DNA of 64,000 nt from a bacterium (GCA_026414725.1 JAOAIL010000006.1:390-64389); one strand, 5' to 3'; positions 52,922 to 62,311 are shown, counted from the stretch's first letter. Notes: generated by a model from the sequence alone, not told the origin. Translations and numbers: made by a program.

Positions 52922-53793
52922 AAGAAAATATCTACCACTGGATATTTGGAGTTCTTGCCTTTACTTCTCTTATCTTTCTTACAGGCATTACAATTACACT
53001 ATTTACTGAATCTTTCCCCTTATTTAAACACTATTCCCTTCATAACTTCTTTTTTGGAAAATACTGGTATCCTACCTATGACCCACCTGAATTCGGTGCA
53101 TTACCACTAATCCTTGCATCATTATTTGTCACAGCAGGAGCAATGTTTGTATGTATACCTCTCGGTATAGGAAGTGCATTATACCTTACCGAACTGGCAG
53201 GTCATAGACAGAGAGAAATACTTAAACCCCTTATAGAAATACTCGCCAGTATCCCTTCTATTGTTTATGGGTTTTTTGGTATGGTGGTGGTTGCTCCTTT
53301 TATACAGAAAATCTTTAACCTCCCAACGGGCCTTACAGCACTCACAGGTAGTTTAATACTCGGTATTATGGCAACACCAACAGTAACAAGTTTATCCGAA
53401 GATGCAATAAATTTTGTCCCTAAAAGTTTCCGTGAGGCATCACTGGCATTAGGGGCTAACAGATGGCAAACAGTAATAAAAGTAGTACTCCCATCTGCAA
53501 GTTCAGGTATCTTTACTGCTATAATTCTCGGTATAAGCAGGGCAATAGGTGAGACAATGACTGTACTTATGGTTACAGGTGGCTCTGCAATTATACCGAA
53601 GTCATTCCTTCAGCCAGTACGTCCCATTACATCTACTATTGCAGCAGAAATGGGAGAGACAGTTATGGGCAGTTTACACTATAATGCACTCTTTACACTC
53701 GGATTATTACTCTTTCTTATTACCCTGATTTTCAACATCATTGCTGAGTTTATAAGTAAAAAACATAGGATTAAGTTAGGAGCAGGTAGGTGA
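52900..53793 (+). CDS. pstC: Phosphate ABC transporter permease PstC
   Basis: Six TM helices and the EAA-type permease motif. Confidence 0.9.
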   Translation: MGKHYRIKENIYHWIFGVLAFTSLIFLTGITITLFTESFPLFKHYSLHNFFFGKYWYPTYDPPEFGALPLILASLFVTAGAMFVCIPLGIGSALYLTELAGHRQREILKPLIEILASIPSIVYGFFGMVVVAPFIQKIFNLPTGLTALTGSLILGIMATPTVTSLSEDAINFVPKSFREASLALGANRWQTVIKVVLPSASSGIFTAIILGISRAIGETMTVLMVTGGSAIIPKSFLQPVRPITSTIAAEMGETVMGSLHYNALFTLGLLLFLITLIFNIIAEFISKKHRIKLGAGR

Positions 53794-54650
53794 GATATAC
53801 AAAAAACAGAATTATTGAAAAAGTATGGTTTTCAATAATATGCATATGTATCATTTTAACACTTCTATCACTCGGTTTGATATTGTATTTCATAACTATA
53901 AGAGGAATAAAAATCATTTCATTTGAATTTCTCACACAGATACCTGAAAGCGGTATGACAGAAGGAGGTATTGCCCCTGCTATTGTAGGCACGTTCTATC
54001 TTACATTAGGAGCAATAATCTTTGCTGTCCCTATAGGTGTTGGATGTGCCATATATCTGAATGAATACACTCCTAAAAATCTTGTGGTAAATATACTGAG
54101 AATTAGCATAAATAACCTGGCAGGTATACCTTCTGTTATATTTGGACTATTCGGACTTGCTGTTTTTGTTAAACTTTTTAATTTTGGTGTATCAATAATT
54201 TCTGGCTCTTTAACACTCGGAATTCTTATACTCCCTGGAATTATATCCGCTTCACAGGAAGCACTTATGGCAGTACCACAGTCATTAAGAGAAGCATCTC
54301 TCGCATTAGGAGCAACAAAGTGGCAGACAATAAGAAAGGTTGTTCTACCTGCAGGACTGCCCGGAATTCTCACAGGCGTTATCTTAAGCACAGGTAGAGC
54401 AGCAGGAGAAACAGCAGCCATTATGTTTACTGCTGCTGCTTTCTATGTAAAAAGTTATCCTAAATCTATATTTTCAGAGGTAATGGCTCTGCCCTACCAC
54501 ATCTATGGACTTATGACAGAAGGAATCTATCCTGAGAAACAGACACAGATTGCTTATGGCTGTGCACTTATCCTTATGTTCCTCGTGCTTTTTATATCAG
54601 CGATAGCAATATATTTCAGACAGAAACAAAGGAGAACCTACTATGGTTGA
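53790..54650 (+). CDS. pstA: Phosphate ABC transporter permease PstA
   Basis: Permease with REASLALGA motif. Confidence 0.9.
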   Translation: MRYTKNRIIEKVWFSIICICIILTLLSLGLILYFITIRGIKIISFEFLTQIPESGMTEGGIAPAIVGTFYLTLGAIIFAVPIGVGCAIYLNEYTPKNLVVNILRISINNLAGIPSVIFGLFGLAVFVKLFNFGVSIISGSLTLGILILPGIISASQEALMAVPQSLREASLALGATKWQTIRKVVLPAGLPGILTGVILSTGRAAGETAAIMFTAAAFYVKSYPKSIFSEVMALPYHIYGLMTEGIYPEKQTQIAYGCALILMFLVLFISAIAIYFRQKQRRTYYG

Positions 54651-55401
54651 AGTACAGATAAAAGTAGAAAACCTGAATTTTTACTATGGAAAATACCAAT
54701 GCCTTAAAAACATCAATATGGACATCTATAAAAATTCTGTTACTGCTATTATAGGACCTTCTGGATGTGGTAAGTCAACTTTTATCCGTCTTTTTAATCG
54801 TATGAATGACCTTATCCCTGGGACAAAAGTAGAAGGCGTAATATATCTTGATAAGGAAAATATACTATCACAGGAAACCGATGTTGTAGAATTACGAAGG
54901 AAGGTAGGTATGGTATTTCAAAAACCCAATCCCTTTCCTAAAAGTATCTTCAGAAATATATCATATGGACTTGAAATCCATAATATAAAAGATAAAGAAC
55001 TTATTGAAAAAAAAGTTAAAGAGGCACTTCAAAAATCAGCCCTGTGGGATGAGGTTAAAGACCGTCTCAATGATAGCGCACTTATGCTTTCTGGCGGACA
55101 GCAGCAACGATTGTGCATCGCGAGATGTCTGGCGGTAGAGCCAGAGGTAATACTCTTTGATGAACCCTGTGCAAGTTTAGACCCTATATCTACAAACAGA
55201 ATAGAAGAACTTATAACGGAACTTAAAAAAAATTATACTATTGTCATAGTCACACATAATATGCAACAGGCAGCGAGAGTATCTGATTATACTGCCTTTC
55301 TTTATTTAGGAGAACTGATAGAGTATGGACCTACAGAAAGAATTTTTACAGTACCTTCACATCCTAAGACAGAGGAGTATTTATCAGGTAAGTTTGGATA
55401 A
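54643..55401 (+). CDS. pstB: Phosphate ABC transporter ATP-binding protein
   Basis: Walker [10 protein letters not shown], signature LSGGQQQRL. Confidence 0.95.
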   Translation: MVEVQIKVENLNFYYGKYQCLKNINMDIYKNSVTAIIGPSGCGKSTFIRLFNRMNDLIPGTKVEGVIYLDKENILSQETDVVELRRKVGMVFQKPNPFPKSIFRNISYGLEIHNIKDKELIEKKVKEALQKSALWDEVKDRLNDSALMLSGGQQQRLCIARCLAVEPEVILFDEPCASLDPISTNRIEELITELKKNYTIVIVTHNMQQAARVSDYTAFLYLGELIEYGPTERIFTVPSHPKTEEYLSGKFG

Positions 55402-55423
55402 TTGAAAATATGTTTGAGTAATG

Positions 55424-55655
55424 CTCCTACCCATATGAGGGGGAGAGACCTAAATTACCTTCTCCCTCGGGGGGAGAAGGTAAGGATGAGGGATAAAGTT
55501 TAGCAAAGGTCTCACCCTCACCCTGCCCCTCTCCCCTCAAGGGAGAGGGAAAACAGTTCCTCCCCATATGAGGGGGGAGGATATAGGTGGGGGTAGAGAG
55601 TAAAAGTAAAGTTCTCACCCTCCCCTTAATCCCCTCCCCTCAAGGGAGAGGGATA
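55424..55655. repeat. Tandem pair of composite hairpin repeats between pstB and phoU
   Basis: Hairpins b (CCCATATGAGGGGGAG), c (ACCTTCTCCCTCGGGGGGAGAAGGT) and a (CCCTCTCCCCTCAAGGGAGAGGG), twice. Confidence 0.85.
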
Positions 55656-55673
55656 AAACATAAGGAGAGAAAA

Positions 55674-56327
55674 ATGATAGAACAAGAGATACAGCGGTTA
55701 AAAGAAAGTATCATTGCTTATGCATCTTTTGTAGCGAGAATGATAGAAGAAAGTATTACAGGACTGCTTGAAAAAGATGAAAAAATATTGAAAAAACTTA
55801 TAGAGGAAGAAGAAACAAAAGCAAACCATACAGAGATAGAGATTGAAGAAATATGTATTGAGGCAATTGCGCGGTATGAACCGAAAGCAAAGAATTTAAG
55901 AACCGTCCTTATGATAATGAAGATTAACAACGACCTTGAAAGAATAGGTGATGAAGCAGTTAATATTGCAGAAGCATCCCTTTTTCTTATAAAAAAACCA
56001 GAGGTAAAAAAACTTATAGATATTCCTCGTATGGCAGATTTGAGTGTAAGGATGTTAAAAGATAGTATCCAGTCGTTTGTAACAGATAATTCTATGCTTG
56101 CCCGTGAAATATGCACAAGAGATGATGTAGTGGATAATTTAAGAGACCAGGTAATCAGAGAACTTTTAACCTATATGATAACAGACCCTGCAACTATAGA
56201 AAGGGCATTACAACTTATGAGGGTTGCACGCTCACTTGAACGGGTGGCAGACCTTTCAACAAACTTCTGTGAAGATGTGGTATTTATGGTTGAAGGGAAA
56301 AATATCAAACACCACGCAGAAGAATAA
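55674..56327 (+). CDS. phoU: Phosphate transport system regulator PhoU
   Basis: Two PhoU repeats. Start moved to the internal Met (MIEQE) because the upstream part of the ORF translates repeat DNA. Confidence 0.85.
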   Translation: MIEQEIQRLKESIIAYASFVARMIEESITGLLEKDEKILKKLIEEEETKANHTEIEIEEICIEAIARYEPKAKNLRTVLMIMKINNDLERIGDEAVNIAEASLFLIKKPEVKKLIDIPRMADLSVRMLKDSIQSFVTDNSMLAREICTRDDVVDNLRDQVIRELLTYMITDPATIERALQLMRVARSLERVADLSTNFCEDVVFMVEGKNIKHHAEE

Positions 56328-56350
56328 ATTTTAATATTTTTAAATACCTC

Positions 56351-56378
56351 TTGACAAAATTTTGTATATGGGTATAAT
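56351..56378 (+). promoter_or_regulatory. Consensus sigma70 promoter (TTGACA, 16 nt spacer, TATAAT)
   Basis: Perfect hexamers about 15 nt upstream of the riboswitch. Confidence 0.6.
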
Positions 56379-56394
56379 ATCACAAAATTGGAGA

Positions 56395-56570
56395 TAATAT
56401 CTCAGAGTGCCCGAGAGGGCTTAATAGGGAAGTGTCGCACTCACCAAGGTGAGGAGACGACTACGCTCCCGGCGCTGTAGGGCTGACGAAATTCCAAAAG
56501 CCACTGTCTGAAAAGACGGGAAGGTGGAAGAGTAGAATGAAGCCCAAGTCAGAAGACCTGCTCTGAGGAA
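56395..56570 (+). promoter_or_regulatory. Cobalamin (AdoCbl) riboswitch aptamer
   Basis: Blocks CTTAATAGGGAAG, GCCACTG...GACGGGAAGGTGG and B12-box-like AAGCCCAAGTCAGAAGACCTGC, in the same order as the E. coli btuB leader. Closing helix CTCAGAG/CTCTGAG. Confidence 0.7.
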
Positions 56571-56637
56571 TGGCGCAGCTTTTTCCTGCGGAGTACAGGA
56601 AAAAGGGTTTTTGTATTTTAGGCGAAGAAAACAGGGT

Positions 56638-56676
56638 GCAGCCCGCCATATATTTTGGCGGGCTTTTTTATTTCTC
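56638..56676 (+). terminator. Intrinsic terminator (riboswitch expression platform)
   Basis: GCCCGCCA-loop-TGGCGGGC followed by TTTTTTATTTCT. Confidence 0.7.
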
Positions 56677-56682
56677 AAACAA

Positions 56683-56920
56683 ATCCTCCCCATATAAGAG
56701 GGAGAGACATAAATTACCTTATCCCTATGGGGGAGAAGGTTAAGAGGGGGAAAGTATAGTGAAGGTCTCACCCTCACCCTGTCCCTCTCCCCTCAAGGGA
56801 GAGGAAAGAAAGTCCTCCCCATATGAGGGGGGAGGAATTAGGTGGGGGTGGAGAGTGTAAGCAAAGGTTTCACCCTCACCCTGTCCCTCTCCCCTCTAAG
56901 GGAGAGGGAAGGGGAGAGGG
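56683..56920. repeat. Tandem pair of composite hairpin repeats between the riboswitch terminator and the RNase HII-like gene
   Basis: Same b-c-a hairpin order. 56815-56875 is nearly identical to 57828-57888. Confidence 0.85.
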
Positions 56921-56935
56921 ATAATAAGGGATGCT

Positions 56936-57808
56936 ATGCCAGAGAAAAAAAGGATACTCGGGATAGATGAAAATGGACTTGGACCGCTTATGGGTCCTCT
57001 CGTCATTACAGGAGTCCTGTTAAGGTATGGAGGAAAAGACGTTTGGTTTGATGGTATAAGTGATAGCAAGGAATTTTTTTCAAGAAATATAGACAGGTTC
57101 TCACAATTAGAAGATACGGTTTTATCTCTTTTTTATCTTCTTGAAGGTAGAACACCTTCATCTCCAGTAGAAATACTTGAAAATTTCTGTGTAAAATATG
57201 ATTGTCTTTCCGGATTGAATATCTGCACCCGTAATATTCCGGATAGGTTTATATGGTCGGAAGGTAAAAAATGTGAAGAGTTGTCTGGATGGATGGGAAA
57301 GAATGGAATAGAGATAGAAAAGATACAATCAATTGCTCTATGTCCCAAGAGAATCAACAATTTTATAGAAAAGGGAGACCATAAATTCCTGCTTAATCTT
57401 TCTGCATTCTGCGATATTATAAAGAACCTCCCTGATAAAAATATGCTCTCTGTATATGCAGGCAGGGTTGGAGGATTAAAATTTTACAAAAAATATCTAA
57501 CTTATTACCTTTATGACTATCAATGTGAAACTATTGAAGAGAAAGAAGATGTCTCCTTATACCGGATGGAAGGAGATAATGAAACATTCACAATGGGCTT
57601 TTACACAGATGTAGAGAAGAAATCCTTTCCTGCTGCAATTGCATCAATTATAGGGAAATATATTAGAGAGTTATTTATGGCAGGTATACGGAAAACTCTC
57701 GGGATATCAGAAGATATCTCCGGCTATCATGACAGGAGAACAAAAAAATTTGTCCCTTCCATCTCCCCTGAAAGGTTTCCTTCAGATTGTATCTTCCGCT
57801 CAAAATAG
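56936..57808 (+). CDS. Divergent RNase HII-like protein with a large Cys-containing insertion
   Basis: RNase H2 motifs GIDENGLGPLMGP (GIDEAGRGP), GISDSKEF (DSK), and AAIASIIGKYIRE (ASIxAKxxRD, with E in place of D). 290 aa against about 200 for canonical RnhB. Confidence 0.55.
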   Translation: MPEKKRILGIDENGLGPLMGPLVITGVLLRYGGKDVWFDGISDSKEFFSRNIDRFSQLEDTVLSLFYLLEGRTPSSPVEILENFCVKYDCLSGLNICTRNIPDRFIWSEGKKCEELSGWMGKNGIEIEKIQSIALCPKRINNFIEKGDHKFLLNLSAFCDIIKNLPDKNMLSVYAGRVGGLKFYKKYLTYYLYDYQCETIEEKEDVSLYRMEGDNETFTMGFYTDVEKKSFPAAIASIIGKYIRELFMAGIRKTLGISEDISGYHDRRTKKFVPSISPERFPSDCIFRSK

Positions 57809-57819
57809 TATAAAGAGAA

Positions 57820-57930
57820 ATCCTCCCCATATGAGGGGGGAGGAATTAGGTGGGGGTGGAGAGTGTAAGCAAAGGATTCACCCTCACCCATCCCCTCTCC
57901 CCTCAAGGGAGAGGGATGGGGAAAGGGGAT
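57820..57930. repeat. Composite hairpin repeat
   Basis: TCCTCCCCATATGAGGGGGGAGG ... GGTGGGGGTGGAGAGTGTAAGCAAAGG ... CCCTCTCCCCTCAAGGGAGAGGG. Confidence 0.85.
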
Positions 57931-57976
57931 ACAATTTAAGTAAACTTTCAAATTTTATCTTATTATATATGATGAG

Positions 57977-58005
57977 TTGACAAAAATATAGATAGGTATT
58001 AAAAT
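57977..58005 (+). promoter_or_regulatory. Sigma70-type promoter (TTGACA, 17 nt spacer, TAAAAT), with RBS AAGGAGG ahead of the ferredoxin gene
   Basis: Consensus hexamers. Confidence 0.5.
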
Positions 58006-58049
58006 TTTGCGAAAATTAATTTTATTTCTACAAGTACAAGGAGGTCTGG

Positions 58050-58238
58050 ATGAAAGTGAGAGTTGATGAGTCACTCTGTACAGGGTGTGGTTTATGTGTA
58101 GATATTTGCCCTGAGGTATTTGAGATGCCTGAGGCGGTCTCTATCGTAAAATCCCCTGTGGTCTCAGGAGACCTTGCTGACAAGGTCAAGGAGGCAGCAG
58201 AGAGTTGCCCGGTAGAAGCGATTATCATTGAAGAATAA
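58050..58238 (+). CDS. fdx: Single-cluster 4Fe-4S ferredoxin
   Basis: CTGCGLCVDICP ... CP motif. 62 aa. Confidence 0.85.
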   Translation: MKVRVDESLCTGCGLCVDICPEVFEMPEAVSIVKSPVVSGDLADKVKEAAESCPVEAIIIEE

Positions 58239-58247
58239 CTAAAATAT

Positions 58248-59786
58248 ATGAGGAACAAGCTATTACTGATAACAGTAGTAAGTATTTTTCTATCTTCCTG
58301 TACCAGAGAGGGACAGTTATCTTATGTTAAGTGGGATATAAAAGCGAGGAGATATCTTGATAAATCCCTGAAAGCATATCGTTTAGCGATAAAAAATAAC
58401 CCGGGAGATAGAAAACTTATTGATGAATATACAGGTATCCTTAAAGTAGTAAAAGGAGATGTGCCGGCAAAGATAGAGTTTGCTATTTTGCTCTATGAAA
58501 TAGGGATTAAGGATGAGAGTGAAAAATTCCTGATAGAAGCGCTTCTGACCAATAAGCAAGAAACTGAAAGATATCTTGATAACCGTATAAATGAAGCAAC
58601 ATCTGTTCAGGACAGAATACTTCTTTATGAATTTGCTCTAAAAGGACTGCCGGATAATGGACAGTACTGGTATCAGTTAGGAAGGTTATATCTGGGAATA
58701 AACAATATCTCTGCCGGCATAAAGGCACTTGAAGAAGCATATCTTAATGGTGTAAAAGAACCTGAACTATTTTATTATCTTGCCAACGCACTGTTCCAAC
58801 AGGGTAATTATAAAGAGGCAGAGGTATATGTAGATGAAGGTTTAAAGATAGCAGGTGATAATGTAAATATGCGACGGCTCAGGTATGCCCTATATATTAA
58901 GCAGAAAAAGATAACCCTCGCTCAATCAGAAAAAGCCAGGTTACAACAACTGACAAAAAAGGAAAAGGAGACAGAAAGACCTGCTGTTATTCTGCCTGAT
59001 ATCGGTCCTTATAAGTTTATCTATGTCTCCAAGGGAAATCAGAAACTATATGTTTATAATATGGAACCTACCGGTGCAAAGGTCATTGAGACATTACCAT
59101 GCACAACAGGGAAAAACACAGGACCTAAAATGAAACAGGGAGATGAAAGAACACCGGATGGTACATACCTTATAATTTCTAAAATGGAAGGTCCTTCTCT
59201 TCCTTCTAAATACGGGATAGCCGCATACCCTCTGAACTATCCGAACCTTATTGATAGACGGCTCCAGAGAGATGGTGATGGAATATGGCTACATGGAACT
59301 CCTATAGCGAGGACACCTTATAACAGTGAGGGATGCGTGGTGGTAAGTGATAATGATATGAGCAGATTGATAGACGATATAGTGGTAAGGAAGACCTTTG
59401 TATCTATAAGTGAGGGAGACCTTAATATTGACTATAATGCCTTTAAGAAAGCGATAGAAACAGTTAAATTATGGAAAGAAGGATGGGAAAGTTTGGATAT
59501 AGATAAATATATGGCTGTCTATGACGAGATGTTCTATTCAGGAGGAAAGGATAAAAAGCAGTATAAGGCATATAAAGCGGATATAAACAGGCAGAAAAAA
59601 CATATAAAGGTGGATGTATCAGAACTACAGATTTTGCCTTACGGGAAGACACCATTAGGTAATCTATTACTTGCTTTCTTCAGACAAAAATACTCTTCCG
59701 ATAACTTTTCCAGTACGGGCTACAAAATACTTTATCTGGTAGAGAGAGATAATAGATGGTATATTATAGGAGAAGAGATGCTTTGA
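58248..59786 (+). CDS. Lipoprotein with TPR repeats and an L,D-transpeptidase (YkuD) catalytic domain
   Basis: Signal/lipobox SSC; TPR region; YkuD motifs TPDGTY...IWLHGT...SEGCVVV. Confidence 0.75.
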   Translation: MRNKLLLITVVSIFLSSCTREGQLSYVKWDIKARRYLDKSLKAYRLAIKNNPGDRKLIDEYTGILKVVKGDVPAKIEFAILLYEIGIKDESEKFLIEALLTNKQETERYLDNRINEATSVQDRILLYEFALKGLPDNGQYWYQLGRLYLGINNISAGIKALEEAYLNGVKEPELFYYLANALFQQGNYKEAEVYVDEGLKIAGDNVNMRRLRYALYIKQKKITLAQSEKARLQQLTKKEKETERPAVILPDIGPYKFIYVSKGNQKLYVYNMEPTGAKVIETLPCTTGKNTGPKMKQGDERTPDGTYLIISKMEGPSLPSKYGIAAYPLNYPNLIDRRLQRDGDGIWLHGTPIARTPYNSEGCVVVSDNDMSRLIDDIVVRKTFVSISEGDLNIDYNAFKKAIETVKLWKEGWESLDIDKYMAVYDEMFYSGGKDKKQYKAYKADINRQKKHIKVDVSELQILPYGKTPLGNLLLAFFRQKYSSDNFSSTGYKILYLVERDNRWYIIGEEML

Positions 59787-61270
59787 TGGATACATATCCT
59801 GACTATAACACATTTAAGAAACTGGCAGAGAAGTATCCGAGGGTTCCTCTGTATAGAGAAGTAATTGGAGATATGGAAACCCCTGTCTCTGCATTTCTAA
59901 AGATAAGAAAGGGGACTTATAACTTTCTGTTAGAGAGTGCAGAACAGGAAGAGAAGGTCGGCAGATATTCATTCCTCGGAACAAACCCTGAACTGGTTAT
60001 AACAGGAAAGGGTAAAGATGTTGAGATATATAATAACCGTTCAGGGGAAAAACAGACCATCAGTTCTGAGGTCACAACCTCTGTTATAGATAAGATTCTT
60101 CTGGAAAATATTGCCCCCTCATACAGTAATCTTCCTGGTTTTACAGGAGGACTGATTGGTTATTTTTCCTATGACTTTGTCCGTCAGATAGAAAAACTTC
60201 CAGATATCTCTCCGGATACTCTGAATACACCTGACTTCTTTTTCATTCTTGCAGGCGATATGGCTATTTTTGACCACTTCAAAAGAAAGATTATACTTGT
60301 TACCAATGTCAAAATTAATGAATGGACGTCCCCTGAGGAAGGATATAAAGATGGTTGTTCCCGTCTGGAATCTCTTAAAGACCAGATAGAAAAACACACA
60401 CTACTTTTAGAACATCCTCTGTCTTATAATAATGGAGATGTTTCATTCCAGAGTAATTTTAACCGCAGTGCCTTTATAGACGCTGTAAAGAAGACAAAAA
60501 GGTATATAAGAGAAGGGGATATCATACAGGCGGTGATAGCCCAGCGATGGCAGAAAGAATTAGACATTCCTGCCTTCAATATCTACAGGGCACTGAGAAC
60601 TGTAAATCCCTCACCATATATGTTTTATATTGACGCTGGTGAGTTTAAACTTGTAGGGTCTTCCCCTGAGATATTGGTAAAATTAGATGGGAAAAAGGCA
60701 ACGATAAGACCTATTGCAGGAACAAGGCCGAGGGGAAGAAATGAGAAGGAAGAGGCAAAATTAGAAACAGAATTACTTGCAGATGAGAAGGAACGGGCAG
60801 AGCATATAATGCTTGTGGATTTAGGAAGGAATGATTTAGGAAGGGTGTGTATCCCCGGAACAGTAAAGGTAACAGAACTTATGGTGATAGAAAAATACTC
60901 CCATGTGATGCATATCGTATCAAATGTAGAAGGAAAGATGAAACCTGGTAAGAGTGCGGTGGACCTCATTAAGGCATCTTTTCCCGCAGGCACTGTATCA
61001 GGTGCACCTAAAATAAGGGCGATGGAGATTATAGAGGAGATTGAACCGGAGAAAAGAGGTCCATATGCTGGGGCTGTAGGATATTTCAGTTTACAGGGCA
61101 ATATGGACTTCTGTATCACAATAAGAACCTTCTTCATCAAGGAGAACAAACTTTATATACAGGCAGGTGCAGGAATTGTTGCTGATTCTGTACCGGAAAA
61201 GGAATACAGGGAGACAGAGAATAAGGCAAGAGGACTGATGGAAGCATATAAACTTGCCAGGAGGATATAA
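59786..61270 (+). CDS. trpE: Anthranilate synthase component I
   Basis: LLES...GRYSF Trp-feedback signature and chorismate-binding core. Start at the Met overlapping the upstream stop (TGATG). Confidence 0.85.
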   Translation: MDTYPDYNTFKKLAEKYPRVPLYREVIGDMETPVSAFLKIRKGTYNFLLESAEQEEKVGRYSFLGTNPELVITGKGKDVEIYNNRSGEKQTISSEVTTSVIDKILLENIAPSYSNLPGFTGGLIGYFSYDFVRQIEKLPDISPDTLNTPDFFFILAGDMAIFDHFKRKIILVTNVKINEWTSPEEGYKDGCSRLESLKDQIEKHTLLLEHPLSYNNGDVSFQSNFNRSAFIDAVKKTKRYIREGDIIQAVIAQRWQKELDIPAFNIYRALRTVNPSPYMFYIDAGEFKLVGSSPEILVKLDGKKATIRPIAGTRPRGRNEKEEAKLETELLADEKERAEHIMLVDLGRNDLGRVCIPGTVKVTELMVIEKYSHVMHIVSNVEGKMKPGKSAVDLIKASFPAGTVSGAPKIRAMEIIEEIEPEKRGPYAGAVGYFSLQGNMDFCITIRTFFIKENKLYIQAGAGIVADSVPEKEYRETENKARGLMEAYKLARRI

Positions 61271-61272
61271 CA

Positions 61273-61836
61273 ATGCTTTTGATGATAGACAACTATGATT
61301 CTTTTGTCTATAACCTTGTACAGTACTTCGGAGAACTAAAACAGAAGGTAGTAGTATTCAGGAACGATGCTATCTCCATTGAGAAGATTAAAAAATTAAA
61401 GCCCTCCCATATAGTTATATCACCGGGTCCTGGAAGACCTGAAGATGCAGGGATTTCCTGTGATGTAATAAAAAACTTTACAGGAAGTATACCCATATTA
61501 GGTGTGTGTCTGGGGCATCAGTGTATTGGCTATGTTTATGGTGGCAAGATTATAAAAGCAGACAAACTTATGCACGGCAAGACCTCCATTATATACCACA
61601 AAAAGACAGGGCTATATAAAGGTATTCCTTCTCCATTTACTGCTACAAGGTACCACTCACTCCTCATCAAAAACGGTTCTTTACCACCTGAAATTATTGT
61701 TGATGCGTGGACGAAAGAGGGTGAGATAATGGGAGTACGACATAAAAAATATAAACTATTTGGTGTTCAGTTCCATCCAGAGGCAGTACTTACCGAGTAT
61801 GGCAAAACAATTCTTAAAAACTTTCTTTCCCTCTGA
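61273..61836 (+). CDS. trpG: Anthranilate synthase component II (glutamine amidotransferase)
   Basis: GATase class I with catalytic GVCLGHQ. Confidence 0.9.
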   Translation: MLLMIDNYDSFVYNLVQYFGELKQKVVVFRNDAISIEKIKKLKPSHIVISPGPGRPEDAGISCDVIKNFTGSIPILGVCLGHQCIGYVYGGKIIKADKLMHGKTSIIYHKKTGLYKGIPSPFTATRYHSLLIKNGSLPPEIIVDAWTKEGEIMGVRHKKYKLFGVQFHPEAVLTEYGKTILKNFLSL

Positions 61837-61936
61837 TTAATACCACCTCTATAGAATAATATAAAAAAGAGATTTATTCCCTATATGAGATTATTATATA
61901 TTCTTTCCTCACCCTAATTCCTATCACCCAAAAATT

Positions 61937-62275
61937 CCTACCCATATGAGGGGAGATACCTGAATTACCTTCTCCCTATGGGGGGGAGAAGGTTAAGGAT
62001 GAGGGGGAAAAGTGTAGCAGAGGTCTCACCCTCACCCTGCCCCTCTCCCCTCTAAGGGAGAGGGGAAAAGAAGAAAATCCTCCCCATATGAGGGGGGAGG
62101 GTGCTGGTGCGACGAGTAAGGAGCAACGTATAGCACAGATGGCGAGATGGTGAGCCCGTTGACTGAAGCCCGTCAGGGCAAGAACAGGTGGGGGTGAAGA
62201 GTATAGAAAAGGTCTCACCCTCCCCTCTGAGAGAGGGGAAACTTAACAGAACCTATCTCCTCAAGGGAGAGGAAA
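61937..62275. repeat. Composite hairpin repeat cluster with the 95-nt module (62099-62200)
   Basis: b-c-a unit, then hairpin b fused to the module, then two more degenerate hairpins. Confidence 0.85.
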
Positions 62276-62311
62276 AAGAGAAGTAAGGGAGGAGAATAAT
62301 TTCAAGGCATA

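Noticed and set aside
55427-55618. ORFs reported inside repeat clusters (55427..55618 -, 57727..57951 -, 57729..57980 +, 61976..62218 -, 62963..63280 +, 29410..29664 +).
   Set aside because: They translate the GC-rich hairpin repeats (P/S/G/E-rich, PLRGEG motifs) on both strands and overlap tRNA genes. They are spurious.
56390-56676. Considered tmRNA, RNase P RNA, SRP RNA or 6S RNA for the promoter-to-terminator RNA (a short frame EETTTLPAL-stop resembles a tag peptide).
   Set aside because: No tRNA-like acceptor or T-arm, no RNase P conserved regions, no SRP domain IV motif. The conserved blocks instead match a cobalamin riboswitch.
58028-58258. Minus-strand ORF opposite the ferredoxin gene.
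   Set aside because: The plus strand encodes a canonical 4Fe-4S ferredoxin with promoter and RBS. The antisense ORF is spurious.
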